From: an uncultured delta proteobacterium
GTDB taxonomy: Bacteria > Myxococcota_A > Polyangia > Polyangiales > B10-G4
Direction of reading: 5' to 3'
Length of the DNA: 64,000 bases
Assembly: GCA_963727445.1 (NCBI GenBank)
Contig: CAVSGI010000020.1
Span: 128,001-192,000, forward strand
Shown: piece by piece, positions 1 through 10,007 of the stretch
Position numbering within the stretch: the stretch's first letter is position 1
How the letters are laid out: each line of letters starts with the position of its first letter
Program-made: the position numbers and the translations under genes
The notes under the pieces: generated by a model
What the model was told of the DNA's origin: nothing
Databases searched by the model: none
The model's input: the letters and a program-made list of their open reading frames with translations, nothing else

Positions 1-15
1 CGGGAGCAGTCACCT

Positions 16-1476
16 CTACACCGTCTTGCGCTGCCAGATGTCCGACTCGGGGATGGCCAGCTCATCGGCCTCATGCGGTCCCCAGCTGCCCGCGGCGTAG
101 GAGCACACCGGCGGCGGCGAATCGAGGAGCGGCGCATACACGCGCCACGACTCCTCGACCTCCTCGCCGTGAACGAAGAGCGTCTGATCGCCCTCGAGCA
201 CGTCGAGAAGGAGGGTCTGATAGGCGTCGGGCATCGCGCCGTCGAAGTGTCCTTCGTAGTCGAAGCGCAAGGGGATGCGTTCGAGGGCGAGCGGTGAGCC
301 CGGGCGCTTGATGTCGAAGTAGAACGCGAAACCCTCCTGGGGCTGCAGGGTGATGGTCAGCACGTCGGCCGTGTCGAGGTTGTAGTCGTACTGGCGGAAG
401 AACGACACGGGCGCGCCGCGGAAGCGAACCGCGATCTGCGTCGTCTTGTGCGGCATGCACTTGCCGGTGCGCAAATAGAACGGCACGCCCTGCCATCGCC
501 AGGAATCCACGAACATGCGCAGGGCCACGAAGGTCTCGGTGTCGGAGCCCGCGGGGACCCCCTCCTCGTCGAGATAGCCCTGAACCAGGTGCCCCTCGAG
601 CTCGCCGGCGCTGTACTGCCCGCGGACCACGTCCTCGTTCGCGATCGGCCTGAGCGAGCGGAGCACCTTGATCTTCTCGTGGCGGATCGCGTCGGCGGAG
701 AACGAGCTGGGGACCTCCATGGCCACCAGCGTGAGCAGTTGGGTCATGTGGTTCTGCACCATGTCGCGCAGCGCCCCCGAGTGATCGTAGTAGCTGGCGC
801 GCGTGCCGACGCCCAGCTCCTCGGCGACGGTGATCTGCACGGCCTCGACCCGCTCGCGATTCCAAGAGGACTCGATGAAGGCGTTGGCCAGGCGAAAGAC
901 GAGGAGGTTCTGCACCGTCTCTTTGCCCAGGTAGTGATCGATTCGGTACGTCTGCTTTTCACCGAAGTACTCGTGGATGCATTCGTTGAGCACCCGCGCC
1001 GATTCGAGATCGCGACCGAAGGGCTTTTCGACCACGAGGCGCGTCCAGCCTTCCGAACGGTTGAGCCCGGCTTCGCCGAGGCCTCGCACCGTGGGCGCGA
1101 AGGCGCGCGGCGGCAACGCCATGTAGAAGGCGTGGTTGGGCGGGATGTCGTGCTCATGGCCGAGCGCAGCGAGGCGATCGGCGAGTGCGTGGTAGTCCGC
1201 CGGGCCGCCTTCGTGCAGCGGCTGGTAGTGAATGCGCGCGACCGTCGCGTCTACATCCGCCTTCGGCAGCCCCGCGCGCCCCAGCGCCTCACGCGCCTTG
1301 TTGCGAAACGCGCTCTCCTCGACGTCGGAGCGCCCGACCGCGACGATGCGGAAGCGAGGGTCCAGTTGATTCTCTGCGTCCAGTCGGCACAGCGCCGGGA
1401 GCAGCTTGCGAAGAGACAGATCCCCGGTTCCGCCGAAGATGACGAAGAGTGAGGGCTCGGTTTCGATCTCGGTCAT
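16..1476 (-). CDS. zwf: Glucose-6-phosphate 1-dehydrogenase
   Basis: Motifs IFGGTGDL, EKPFGRDL, YRIDHYLGKETVQN, RDMVQNH and RWQGVPFYLRTGK; start placed at MTEIETEPS (1476). Confidence 0.97.
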   Translation of the reverse strand: MTEIETEPSLFVIFGGTGDLSLRKLLPALCRLDAENQLDPRFRIVAVGRSDVEESAFRNKAREALGRAGLPKADVDATVARIHYQPLHEGGPADYHALADRLAALGHEHDIPPNHAFYMALPPRAFAPTVRGLGEAGLNRSEGWTRLVVEKPFGRDLESARVLNECIHEYFGEKQTYRIDHYLGKETVQNLLVFRLANAFIESSWNRERVEAVQITVAEELGVGTRASYYDHSGALRDMVQNHMTQLLTLVAMEVPSSFSADAIRHEKIKVLRSLRPIANEDVVRGQYSAGELEGHLVQGYLDEEGVPAGSDTETFVALRMFVDSWRWQGVPFYLRTGKCMPHKTTQIAVRFRGAPVSFFRQYDYNLDTADVLTITLQPQEGFAFYFDIKRPGSPLALERIPLRFDYEGHFDGAMPDAYQTLLLDVLEGDQTLFVHGEEVEESWRVYAPLLDSPPPVCSYAAGSWGPHEADELAIPESDIWQRKTV

Positions 1477-1703
1477 GCGCAGTCGTCCCCCGATGGTGGG
1501 GCGGTAGGGTAACTCCAATAGGCGCGAGGGGATCGAATGCACTCGCCGTGGGGATCGGGGCATCGCGTTCGCTCGGCTGGCAGGGAAAGATGAAGGATTT
1601 TCGCTGAGATCAGCGCGTTACTCCGCTGCCATCGAGTCGAATCGCCGCTTTTCCCGCAACCCACCCCGACTCGTTCCGAAAAGGGCGCATCTGGGAGGTG
1701 GCC

Positions 1704-2849
1704 ATGCTCGGTCGAATCTGCTTCTGCGTGTCTTTCGTCATCCTCGTTCCGTGGCTGAACGCCTGCGCCATCAGTCATCGCTATGCGACCGACGATGTCG
1801 CGACCATCCATCCGCTCGCGGGGCAGCGCATGGTCGTGCCGGCGCTGATGGACGCCCGGGACAACGGGCGGCCAGTGAGCGGCGAAGCAGCCACCGAGTC
1901 CGCCAGCGAGGAGATGGAAGAGCTGCGCGCGTCGGTCGGCGAGCACGTGAGCCGCGCGGGCGTCGAGGCCCTCACCGCGCCGGCGCCGCAGAGCGCCGAG
2001 GACGTCGCGGCGCTGCTCGCTCGGGCCCGCGACGCGGGCGTGCGCGAGGTCATGTTCATTCGCTATCACGGCTCCGGCTTCGGCGTGGTGTGCGCGTCCA
2101 CGGCCTCGCTCGTGTTCCTCGCGGTCGTTCCCTACTTGGTCATCCAAACGCTCCCGCTGAGTCGTCAGGCCGCGATCGCCGGCTTCGAAGCCTTCGTCGT
2201 CGACCCGGTGACCGGAGAGGTCGTGGCGGGCGCGAGCCGCTTCATCGCCGGCCACGACCACGTGAACCAGTGGCGCTGCCATCGCGACAACCTCGTGCAC
2301 GACGTACTCCGCACCGCCGTCGACGACGTCCTCGGAGACATCGCCGCGCAGCGCGCCGACGACTACCCGCATCGCTTCCGGCCGATCGACGTGGCGTCGT
2401 TCGTCGCGGGCGCGCCCGAGGTGCGTGTCCAGGGCGGCCGCGTTCACGGTCTGGGCTGGTCACATCCACTCCCCGCGGGTTGGACCTTCGACCCCAGCAT
2501 CGGCGTGCACGGCGGTGCGCGGGGACCGGGCGGCACCGAGCTGGTCGCCGACGTCGGCTACTGCATCGGCGGCACCCGCCGCTGCGCCACCATCTACCAG
2601 CGAGAGCTGCGGCGCGCCGGTGAGGAGATCGTCGAGCGCGTCGACATCGAGGATCGTGGTCTGCCCGCCGCTCAGATCGAGTCGCGGCGCCCCGACGGCA
2701 CCCGCGTCCTGCTCGGCGTGGTCGGCGACGAGGGAGTCACCGTCCAGCTGCGCTGCGCCGCGCCGCCGGGCGCTCCCGAACACGAGCTCGGCGCGTGTCA
2801 GCAGGCCTTCGCCGGCGCCACCTGGCACGTGTCGCACGTCCAGCGCTGA
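1704..2849 (+). CDS. Hypothetical lipoprotein
   Basis: Signal peptide ending LNAC; one internal hydrophobic segment; no family recognised. Confidence 0.7.
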   Translation: MLGRICFCVSFVILVPWLNACAISHRYATDDVATIHPLAGQRMVVPALMDARDNGRPVSGEAATESASEEMEELRASVGEHVSRAGVEALTAPAPQSAEDVAALLARARDAGVREVMFIRYHGSGFGVVCASTASLVFLAVVPYLVIQTLPLSRQAAIAGFEAFVVDPVTGEVVAGASRFIAGHDHVNQWRCHRDNLVHDVLRTAVDDVLGDIAAQRADDYPHRFRPIDVASFVAGAPEVRVQGGRVHGLGWSHPLPAGWTFDPSIGVHGGARGPGGTELVADVGYCIGGTRRCATIYQRELRRAGEEIVERVDIEDRGLPAAQIESRRPDGTRVLLGVVGDEGVTVQLRCAAPPGAPEHELGACQQAFAGATWHVSHVQR

Positions 2850-2866
2850 GACCAGGCGTGAAGCTA

Positions 2867-3026
2867 ACGGGGACGGTCTACACTTTTCAACTTTCGCCCC
2901 GCCCGCCGGTTCCCAAGCAAGGGCATGCCCGCGGCCCCCGAAAGTTGAAAAGTGTAGACCGTCCCCGTCGCGCGGCCCTCCCCGTCGCGCGGCCCCCGAA
3001 AGTTGAAAAGTGTAGACCGTCCCCGT
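2867..3026. repeat. REP/REPIN-like cluster of three identical 30-bp units (one forward, two reverse)
   Basis: ACGGGGACGGTCTACACTTTTCAACTTTCG at 2867-2896; exact reverse complement at 2939-2968 and 2997-3026; intergenic. Confidence 0.9.
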
Positions 3027-3203
3027 CAAGCGCTGAGGACGTGCGAGCGGATGGTGAGGGAGTGAAACAGGGTTGCGTCCCGACGGTGCCCCTCCATACT
3101 CCGCGCTCCGAAAGGGGAGCGAATGCGTCACGGAAAGCACCATCGGCCGGTCGGCCGGATCATCGAGGCTCCAGGCCTGCTCGCGGAATTCGAAGAGAAA
3201 GAG

Positions 3204-4292
3204 ATGTCGCGGCGGGCGATCCTCAAGGGAGCGATCGCCAGCTCGGCGGCGGCTCTCGCCGGGGGCGCCCTCGCGGGCTGCAGTGATCCAGCGCGTGGCC
3301 CGGTGGGTGATGCTGGCGCCGGTGACACCGCGACGGCCGACACGGGGGTCGAGGACACGGCCATGCCGCCGCCCCCCACCCACCTCGTCGGCATGGGCTA
3401 CGACCCCGACTACATGACCGCTTTCGACGCGGCGATGAGCGAGACCGTCAACCTCTCCTTCATCGAGCCGGGCGACACCGTCTACTTCAAGGTCAACTGC
3501 AACAACGGCGACCTCTATCCCCACTCGACCAACCCCGATCTGATCACCGAGCTCGTGAACCGGTGCCGCGACGCGGGTGCCTCGCGCATCCTGGTGGGTG
3601 ACCGCTCCTTCTGGGGCGACACCAACACCATCGGGAACATGCGCGCCAACGGCGTGCTGGGCGCCGCTCAGGACGCGGGCGCCGAGGTCCTGGTCTTCGA
3701 CGACGACGCGGTCGAGTGGGTGGTGCTCCCCGAGACCGAGGCGCCGACCTGGAACGGCGGATTCTCTCTGCCAGTCCCGGTGATGGAGGCCGAACACATC
3801 ATCAACCTGCCGTGCCTCAAGACGCACTTCATCGCGTACTTCACGCTCTCGCTGAAGAACAGCCTGGGCCTGGTGAACCCGGTGGACCGCATGCGCACGG
3901 GCAACCTCGACGTGCATACCGACCGGCTCTGGGCTCAGATCGCCGAGGTGAACGCGCACTTCACTCCGTCGCTGAACATCCTCGACGGCCACCAGGCGCT
4001 CATCACCGGCGGCCCGACGCGCTTCGACGGCGCCGGCCCCACCTACGACACGCCGAACGTGATCATCGTCTCTCCCGACCGGATCGCGACCGACGTGATG
4101 GGCATCTCGGTGCTCCAGACCCTGTCGCCCTCGAGCGAGGAGGTCACGCAGCGCGCGGCCTGGCAGATGCCTCAGATCCAACAGGCCGTGGATCACGGTC
4201 TGGGCATCACCGGACCCGAGATGCTCGACGTCTCCGGCCCCACCGTGACCATGCTCGAGACCTACATGACCAACGCCCGTCGCACGGCGTGA
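3204..4292 (+). CDS. Tat-exported DUF362 domain (lipo)protein
   Basis: SRRAILK twin-arginine motif followed by LAGC; IEPGDTVYFKVN, HSTNP and INLPCLKTH..TLSLKN are typical of DUF362; alternative start at 3123. Confidence 0.85.
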   Translation: MSRRAILKGAIASSAAALAGGALAGCSDPARGPVGDAGAGDTATADTGVEDTAMPPPPTHLVGMGYDPDYMTAFDAAMSETVNLSFIEPGDTVYFKVNCNNGDLYPHSTNPDLITELVNRCRDAGASRILVGDRSFWGDTNTIGNMRANGVLGAAQDAGAEVLVFDDDAVEWVVLPETEAPTWNGGFSLPVPVMEAEHIINLPCLKTHFIAYFTLSLKNSLGLVNPVDRMRTGNLDVHTDRLWAQIAEVNAHFTPSLNILDGHQALITGGPTRFDGAGPTYDTPNVIIVSPDRIATDVMGISVLQTLSPSSEEVTQRAAWQMPQIQQAVDHGLGITGPEMLDVSGPTVTMLETYMTNARRTA

Positions 4293-4300
4293 GCCCCTGA

Positions 4301-4336
4301 TAAATCGGTTGATTTAAAATAGGTCCGACTTATAAC
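4301..4336 (+). promoter_or_regulatory. Sigma70-like promoter overlapping a FadR-type operator
   Basis: TTGATT (4309-4314), 16 nt, TATAAC (4331-4336); dyads TAAATC-GGTT-GATTTA (4301-4316) and ATAGGTC-C-GACTTAT (4319-4333), resembling FadR-family GGTCNGACC boxes. Confidence 0.65.
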
Positions 4337-4344
4337 GAAGGGCG

Positions 4345-5091
4345 ATGAGCCCTTCGCGGAAGGCGGATCAGGTCGCTGACGACATCCTTCGAGGGATTGT
4401 TTCCGGTGAGATCTCGGTGGGTTCGCTCCTCCCCAAGGAGGTCGAGCTCGCCGAGCAGTACGGGGTGAACCGCAGCGTCGTCCGCGAGGCGATCAAGCTC
4501 CTCGAGGTCCACGGCCTCGTCCAGCCGCGGCGCCGGCGCGGCACCGAGGTGCTCGATCCGATGGCCTCCCTGAGCCCAGAGGTGATGGAGCGGATGCTCA
4601 TCCCCGCGCCGGGCCAGGTCGACCCGAAGGCCCTCGCGGAGTTTCTCGAGGTGCGGGCCTCCCTCGACCGACAGATGAGCGTGCTCGCCGCCGAGCGCCG
4701 CACCGAGGCGGATCTCGACGCCCTCGACGCATGCGTCGAGGCGCTTCAGGGCGCGGTCGACGACCCGCAAGCGTACGACCATGGCGTCGACCACTTCGCG
4801 CTCCTCGTCGCGCGCGCGAGCCACAACCGACTCTTCGAGATGCTGGTGCACTGGAACCAGCGAGTCGCACGTGAGCTCAGCGACGTCTTCCGGGTCGCGC
4901 GCCCGATCGGCGCACCCCACGCGCTGGGCCTCGGCCTCATCACGCAGATGATCCGAGAGCAGCGCGCCGAAGAGCTCGGCCCGCTGGTCAGCGCCTACCA
5001 CGCGTGGGCGATCCCCCGTTTGATGGCAGCGGCCGCGCTCCGTGGCGGCTCTCCCCTTTCATCGATCGCCGTCCCGGCGAGCGAGGAGTGA
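4345..5091 (+). CDS. GntR/FadR family transcriptional regulator
   Basis: N-terminal wHTH LPKEVELAEQYGVNRSVVREAIKLL; FCD-type C-terminus (ASHNRLF). Confidence 0.93.
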   Translation: MSPSRKADQVADDILRGIVSGEISVGSLLPKEVELAEQYGVNRSVVREAIKLLEVHGLVQPRRRRGTEVLDPMASLSPEVMERMLIPAPGQVDPKALAEFLEVRASLDRQMSVLAAERRTEADLDALDACVEALQGAVDDPQAYDHGVDHFALLVARASHNRLFEMLVHWNQRVARELSDVFRVARPIGAPHALGLGLITQMIREQRAEELGPLVSAYHAWAIPRLMAAAALRGGSPLSSIAVPASEE

Positions 5092-6833
5092 GTGAAGACA
5101 TGCAGACCCCAACGAGCCAGGAAACTCATGAGGAGGTGCCCGAGCGACGGAGCGGCAAAGGCTCGCTGCGCTGGGTCGACGACGTTCGTGTCCTGCGCCT
5201 CGTGGGCAGCTTCTACGAGATGGGCCACCAGCACGGGGAGCTCCTCGCGTCGGACATCGAGCGGGGGCCGATCCCCTACTACCGCACCTACATCGAGCAG
5301 ATTGCGCAGCAGGCGGCGCCGCTCGGTCCCGCCAGCGGTCTTGTCTTTCCGCTGATCCGTCGGACCATCGGCCGCCGCGTCGCCGAGCGCATGCCCGCCT
5401 TCGTGACGGAGACGCTGCGGGGGCTCTCGGACGGCGCCCGAATGCCCTACGAGGATCTCCTCGACGGCTGTGTGATGCCCGATTCGCTGCTCTGGCTCTC
5501 GGCGCGTGCAATGACGCTCTCGGGTCGCGGGCCGGCGGTCGCCCATCGCCTCGCCCTCGGCCTCGGCTGCACCAGCGCCATCGCCTGGGGCGACGCCACC
5601 ACCGACGGATCGCTCCTGCACGCGCGCAACTTCGACTATCACGGCGTGGGCATCTGGCCCGCCACCAAGACGGTGATCTTCCACCAGCCCGACGAGGGCC
5701 AGGCCTATCTCTCGATCGCCGCCGCCGGCGTCGCCCTCGGCGGCGTCACCGCGATGAACGAAGCGGGTCTCACGCTCACGGTCCATCAGCACATGTTCAC
5801 CGACGCGACCCGCCTCGGCGGGACGCCCATCGGCGTCGTCGGCGACATCGTGATGCGCGAGGCGAAGAACATCGACGACGCCGAGCGGATCCTCTCCGCG
5901 CACCGACCGATCGGCTGCTGGACCTACCTGGTCACCGACGGAAAGACGCGCGAGGTGCTCTGCTACGAGGAGAACCCGGACCGGCGCGTCTCGTTCCGCT
6001 ACGGCGAAGGCGAGCCCACCTTCGGTTACGCCAACATCTACCTCGACCCGGAGCTGGGCGCGACCGAGCAGAACCTCTACGGCTCGTATTGGCGGCACAA
6101 CCAGGGGCGACACCGCCGCGTGAACGCGCTCCTCGAGGAGCGGCGCGGTGCGCTCGACCCGCAGGGCATGGCGTCGATCCTCGGTGACACCGGCGACGCG
6201 CGCTGCCGCATCCGCGACTCCATCGCCATGGTGATGACCACCGGCTCGGTCGTCTTCCGGCCCGAGACCGGCGAGGCGTGGGTCGGCACCGGGGACACCC
6301 CCACCAGTCACGGGCGCTTTTTGCCATTCAGCCTGGACAAGCGCGACCACGCCCCCGAAGCGGGGGTCCTCGAAGTCGGCTCGGCGGTCGACGAGGTCGA
6401 GCGCGCCGCCTTCGAACGCTATCGCCGTGCTTACGTCTCCTACCTCGAAGAGGAGGACCTTCCGGCGGCGCGGCGCCACATGAAGGAGGCGGTCGAGCTC
6501 GCACCCGAGCAGCCCGTCTACCACTTCGTTCGCGGCGTGATGGCGCTACAGGCGGCGGACGCGAATCTCGCCGAGGCCTGTTTGAGCGAAGCGCTGGCCC
6601 TCGGTCATCCCGACCCCGAGCGCGTCGCCGCCTTCCATCTCTTTCGCGGGCGCGCGCGCGATCTCCTCGGTGACCGCAAGGGCGCCTGCGGCGACTACCG
6701 TCTGGCGCTCGGCCACTACGCCGACGCGCCGGTGCACGCCGCGGCCAAGAAGAACCTCGACAAGCCGTTCGGTGCGAGGGCGCTCGGCCGACTGCGCCTC
6801 GACATGTCCCTCGGTGACGTGATCAGCCCGTAG
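5088..6833 (+). CDS. C45 family autoproteolytic Ntn-hydrolase/acyltransferase with C-terminal TPR region
   Basis: G|CTSAIAWGDATTDGSLLHARNFDY, TAMNEAGL; helical TPR-like tail (AVELAPEQPVYHFVRG); GTG overlaps the regulator stop codon. Confidence 0.85.
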   Translation: MSEDMQTPTSQETHEEVPERRSGKGSLRWVDDVRVLRLVGSFYEMGHQHGELLASDIERGPIPYYRTYIEQIAQQAAPLGPASGLVFPLIRRTIGRRVAERMPAFVTETLRGLSDGARMPYEDLLDGCVMPDSLLWLSARAMTLSGRGPAVAHRLALGLGCTSAIAWGDATTDGSLLHARNFDYHGVGIWPATKTVIFHQPDEGQAYLSIAAAGVALGGVTAMNEAGLTLTVHQHMFTDATRLGGTPIGVVGDIVMREAKNIDDAERILSAHRPIGCWTYLVTDGKTREVLCYEENPDRRVSFRYGEGEPTFGYANIYLDPELGATEQNLYGSYWRHNQGRHRRVNALLEERRGALDPQGMASILGDTGDARCRIRDSIAMVMTTGSVVFRPETGEAWVGTGDTPTSHGRFLPFSLDKRDHAPEAGVLEVGSAVDEVERAAFERYRRAYVSYLEEEDLPAARRHMKEAVELAPEQPVYHFVRGVMALQAADANLAEACLSEALALGHPDPERVAAFHLFRGRARDLLGDRKGACGDYRLALGHYADAPVHAAAKKNLDKPFGARALGRLRLDMSLGDVISP

Positions 6834-6842
6834 CGCGCCGGT

Positions 6843-7937
6843 TCAGTCGAGGGAGATGGCGGCGGCTCGATCGAGGATCGTCCGGACGTCTTCGAGCGGG
6901 AGCGCGGGCGCGTGGTGGCCGTCGACGCCGGTGATGGGTCCAGCGGCGCAGAGCGCGTTGAGGATGGCCTCCTCGGTCGTCTCGATCGCCGCTTCGTAGA
7001 GTTGATTCAACCCCGGGTCGAGGAGGAACTCCACCTTGGCGATCATCTCCTGGGTCTGCCGAGGCACCGTATTCGCAGTGGAGAACGACACGACGATCTC
7101 CCCCGAGCCGTGTGCCGCGAAGGAGCCCACCCGCCCGATCCCGAGCGCGACCCGCTTGGAGACGCGCGCGAGCTGGTGGGGGAGGAGAGGCGCGTCGGTC
7201 GCCAGGACGGCGATGATGCTTCCGTAGGAGTGCTCTCGCTTCTCGACGTCCTCGAAGCGCGGGGTCAGGAGGTTGCCGACCGGGGTGCCCATCATCCGCA
7301 GGTCGCGCAGATGGCCGAAGTTGCTCATCACGAGCACGCCGAGCACGTAGCCGCCGGCCTCCAGCGGGAGGACGCGTGAGGCGGTGCCGATGCCGCCCGA
7401 GAGGTCGCAGGTCACCATCCCCGTCCCGCCGCCGACGTTGCCTTCGGCGACGGGGCCGCTCGTGGCGGTCATGATGGCTTCGAAGGCGTGCTCCTTCTTC
7501 ACGTGCCGCGCACGCGCGTCGTTCAGCCAGGAGTCGTCGCACTCCCCGACCACCGGGATGACCACATCGTGGATGCTCCCGATGCCCGGGAAGCGATCCA
7601 TCATGTACTCGACGACCGCGTTGGAGACGCGTCCCACCGCGAGGGTGTTGGTGAGGAGGATCGGCGTCTCGATCACTCCCCACTCCAGCACCTGGGTGAG
7701 CCCGGCGATTTCACCGGCGCCGTTGAGGACGAAGCCGCTGCCGACGATGCGTTCCTCGAAGATGTTGCCGTCGTTCGGCAGGATGGCCGTCACGCCGGTA
7801 CGCGCCGGGCCGGTGCCCTCCGAGCCCTCCGACAGGACGGTGGAGTGGCCGACGCGGACGCCGGTGACGTCGGTGATGGCGTTGTGGGGGCCCGGCTCGA
7901 AACGGCCGAAGCGATGTCCGAGATCGCGAAAGCGCAT
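6843..7937 (-). CDS. dmpA: P1/S58 family peptidase (DmpA-type L-aminopeptidase/D-esterase)
   Basis: NAITDVTGVRVGH, EGNVGGGTGM, GGIGTASR, G|SIIAVLATDAPL, HGSGE. Confidence 0.92.
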   Translation of the reverse strand: MRFRDLGHRFGRFEPGPHNAITDVTGVRVGHSTVLSEGSEGTGPARTGVTAILPNDGNIFEERIVGSGFVLNGAGEIAGLTQVLEWGVIETPILLTNTLAVGRVSNAVVEYMMDRFPGIGSIHDVVIPVVGECDDSWLNDARARHVKKEHAFEAIMTATSGPVAEGNVGGGTGMVTCDLSGGIGTASRVLPLEAGGYVLGVLVMSNFGHLRDLRMMGTPVGNLLTPRFEDVEKREHSYGSIIAVLATDAPLLPHQLARVSKRVALGIGRVGSFAAHGSGEIVVSFSTANTVPRQTQEMIAKVEFLLDPGLNQLYEAAIETTEEAILNALCAAGPITGVDGHHAPALPLEDVRTILDRAAAISLD

Positions 7938-7988
7938 GGCGCAGCTTACTCCAGGCCCGAGTTCTCCGAGAGATCGGATGTGGATGGT

Positions 7989-10007
7989 TCAGTGGCAGCG
8001 GACGCCCGTGGCCAGGTCCTGTTGCACTGCGGCGAGCCATGGATCGGCGTCCGCACGGGGGTCCTGTTCGGCCGCGGCCAGGAGCTCGCGCGCCGGTGCC
8101 TCGTCGCCCGTGCGGAGCGCCAACTCCACTCCGGCGAGGAGCGTCTCGCGGCTCTCGCCGAGCGAATGCGCCTGCGCGATGGCGTTCTTCGCCGCAGCCG
8201 GGTCGCATGCCGCCACTGCCGACAGCGCGCGATAGGCATGGACGATCGGGACCAGGGGATAGTGAGGCGCGGCCCGCGAGAGGTCGGCGAGGGCGGTCTC
8301 GGCGAGGCGGCGCTCGGCGTCGTTCGCGGGCGCTCGAAAGCCGCCGTCCATGCCGCGGGAGAGCTCACGCATGGCCAGCACCCCTTCGTACCAGGCGCGG
8401 ATCGCGTCGGCGTGGCCCTCGGGGTCGAGGCGCTCGATCTCCACGCGCATCGCTTCCACCGGTGCCTCGGGTGCGAGCAGCGGCGTCGGGTCGAGACGCG
8501 GGGGAAGCGTGCGAAAAGCGCGGCTCTCGATGAGCGCCTCGCGGCCGGGCACGTAGGCGGTGTAGAGGACGTGGTCGTCCTCGATCGAGATCGGGTAGTA
8601 GCCCTCGATGCGCGTCAGGTTCATCAGTGCGATCTGCGTCTCCGAGGAGGAGAACTCGAGCACGAGGGTGTCGACGCCGTAGCGAACCAGCAGCGGCTCG
8701 AGCTGGTCTGGCACGGACAGCGCCCTGCCCACTTCGTGAAGATGATCGACGCCGTAGAAGGGGACGCGGCCATCCACCAGGAAGCGCGAGGAAGGCGATG
8801 CGTACATCAGATACCAGCTGGTCTGGATCGGGGCGAGGACGCGAGCGCCCCTCAGGTCGCGCTCGAGGACCCGTCCGGCGACCACCGGCAGCTTGCTGTC
8901 GTCGATGCCGACTCCGAAGCCGTAGTCCGGCGGGAGCGTCGGGCTCAGCACCACGGCGAGGCCCGTCATCACCACCATCGTTGCGGCGACCAGCGCGGGA
9001 GCGCGGCGCCGCACGCGGAGGCGGAGAATGCGCGCGAGACCGGGGGCGAGGAGGGGCGCCGAGAGCATGAGGAAGGTCGCGATGAAGCGAAGCGAGCGAA
9101 AGGCGGCCAGCGCCAACGCCGACGCGGTGGTGAGGGCGGTTCGCTGCACCTCGCCGCCGCGAAAGAGCGGGATGGCGGCGATGGCCAGCAGGAGCGCTTG
9201 GGCGACGAGCGCGATCAGATAGAAGACGGGGTCGGTCTCGGACCAGGGGGCCCACTCGCGCACCGCGACGCGGAAGGCGGGGTCGACGACGTGGGCGATG
9301 GCGTCGATGACGATGGCGGGCCCGAAGGGAGAGACGCACGAAGCGACGGCAGTTCCGCCGAGGACCAGGGCGAGGTCGCGGCGTGGGCCGGGGAGCTTCA
9401 GCACCGGCACGAGGTGGGTGAGCACCAGGAGCACGCCGAGGAGATGCGAGCCGTGCAGGTTCACCCAGAAGACGTGGGCGACGGTCAGTCCCGCGATCCA
9501 GAGGATGCGGCCTCGCCGGGACAGCGCGCCGGCGGTGAGCCTCCCGAGGCCGACGAGGTAGAGCGCGGCCAGAGAGTAGCCGAAGAGCTCGGGGCGCATC
9601 GTCAGCCGAAAGCGCGCCCCGGGGATCGACCAGAGGAGCAGGGCGGCGGCGACGAGGACCGACAGCGCCGGCAGGCGCTCGTCGTCGGCTGCGCGCCGCA
9701 ACAGGAGGACGGCGGTGGCGGCGAGCAGGACCGACTTGAGGACGAGCAGGCCCCCCGCCCCGAAGGCCGCGAAGATCCACCAGGTGATCAGATCGCTGCC
9801 CCACTCGTAGTTGCGCCAGGGCTGGGGCGTATCTCGGAAGAAGGAGAAGTGATCGACGGCCGGGACGTAGCCGAGCTCGGCGATCTCGCGGCCCTGCGCG
9901 AGGTGACCGAAGGTGTCGTTGTTGTGAATCGGAAAGAGGCCGGCGACGACCAGGGCGGCGGTGGCGAGCGCGGCCGCGACCCACGCGGCGCGCGAGAGCC
10001 TCTTCAC
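7989..10007 (-). CDS. Polytopic membrane protein, GT-C-like fold, with helical C-terminal domain
   Basis: Many TM segments; NNDTFGHLAQGREI, DHFSF, YEW, RPELF, FWVNLHGS and EWAP motifs; GTG start overlaps the upstream stop. Confidence 0.7.
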   Translation of the reverse strand: MKRLSRAAWVAAALATAALVVAGLFPIHNNDTFGHLAQGREIAELGYVPAVDHFSFFRDTPQPWRNYEWGSDLITWWIFAAFGAGGLLVLKSVLLAATAVLLLRRAADDERLPALSVLVAAALLLWSIPGARFRLTMRPELFGYSLAALYLVGLGRLTAGALSRRGRILWIAGLTVAHVFWVNLHGSHLLGVLLVLTHLVPVLKLPGPRRDLALVLGGTAVASCVSPFGPAIVIDAIAHVVDPAFRVAVREWAPWSETDPVFYLIALVAQALLLAIAAIPLFRGGEVQRTALTTASALALAAFRSLRFIATFLMLSAPLLAPGLARILRLRVRRRAPALVAATMVVMTGLAVVLSPTLPPDYGFGVGIDDSKLPVVAGRVLERDLRGARVLAPIQTSWYLMYASPSSRFLVDGRVPFYGVDHLHEVGRALSVPDQLEPLLVRYGVDTLVLEFSSSETQIALMNLTRIEGYYPISIEDDHVLYTAYVPGREALIESRAFRTLPPRLDPTPLLAPEAPVEAMRVEIERLDPEGHADAIRAWYEGVLAMRELSRGMDGGFRAPANDAERRLAETALADLSRAAPHYPLVPIVHAYRALSAVAACDPAAAKNAIAQAHSLGESRETLLAGVELALRTGDEAPARELLAAAEQDPRADADPWLAAVQQDLATGVRCH

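Noticed and set aside
2867..3026. CRISPR array or rho-independent terminator
   Set aside because: Copies are in mixed orientation, only three exist, and no U-tract follows the stem.
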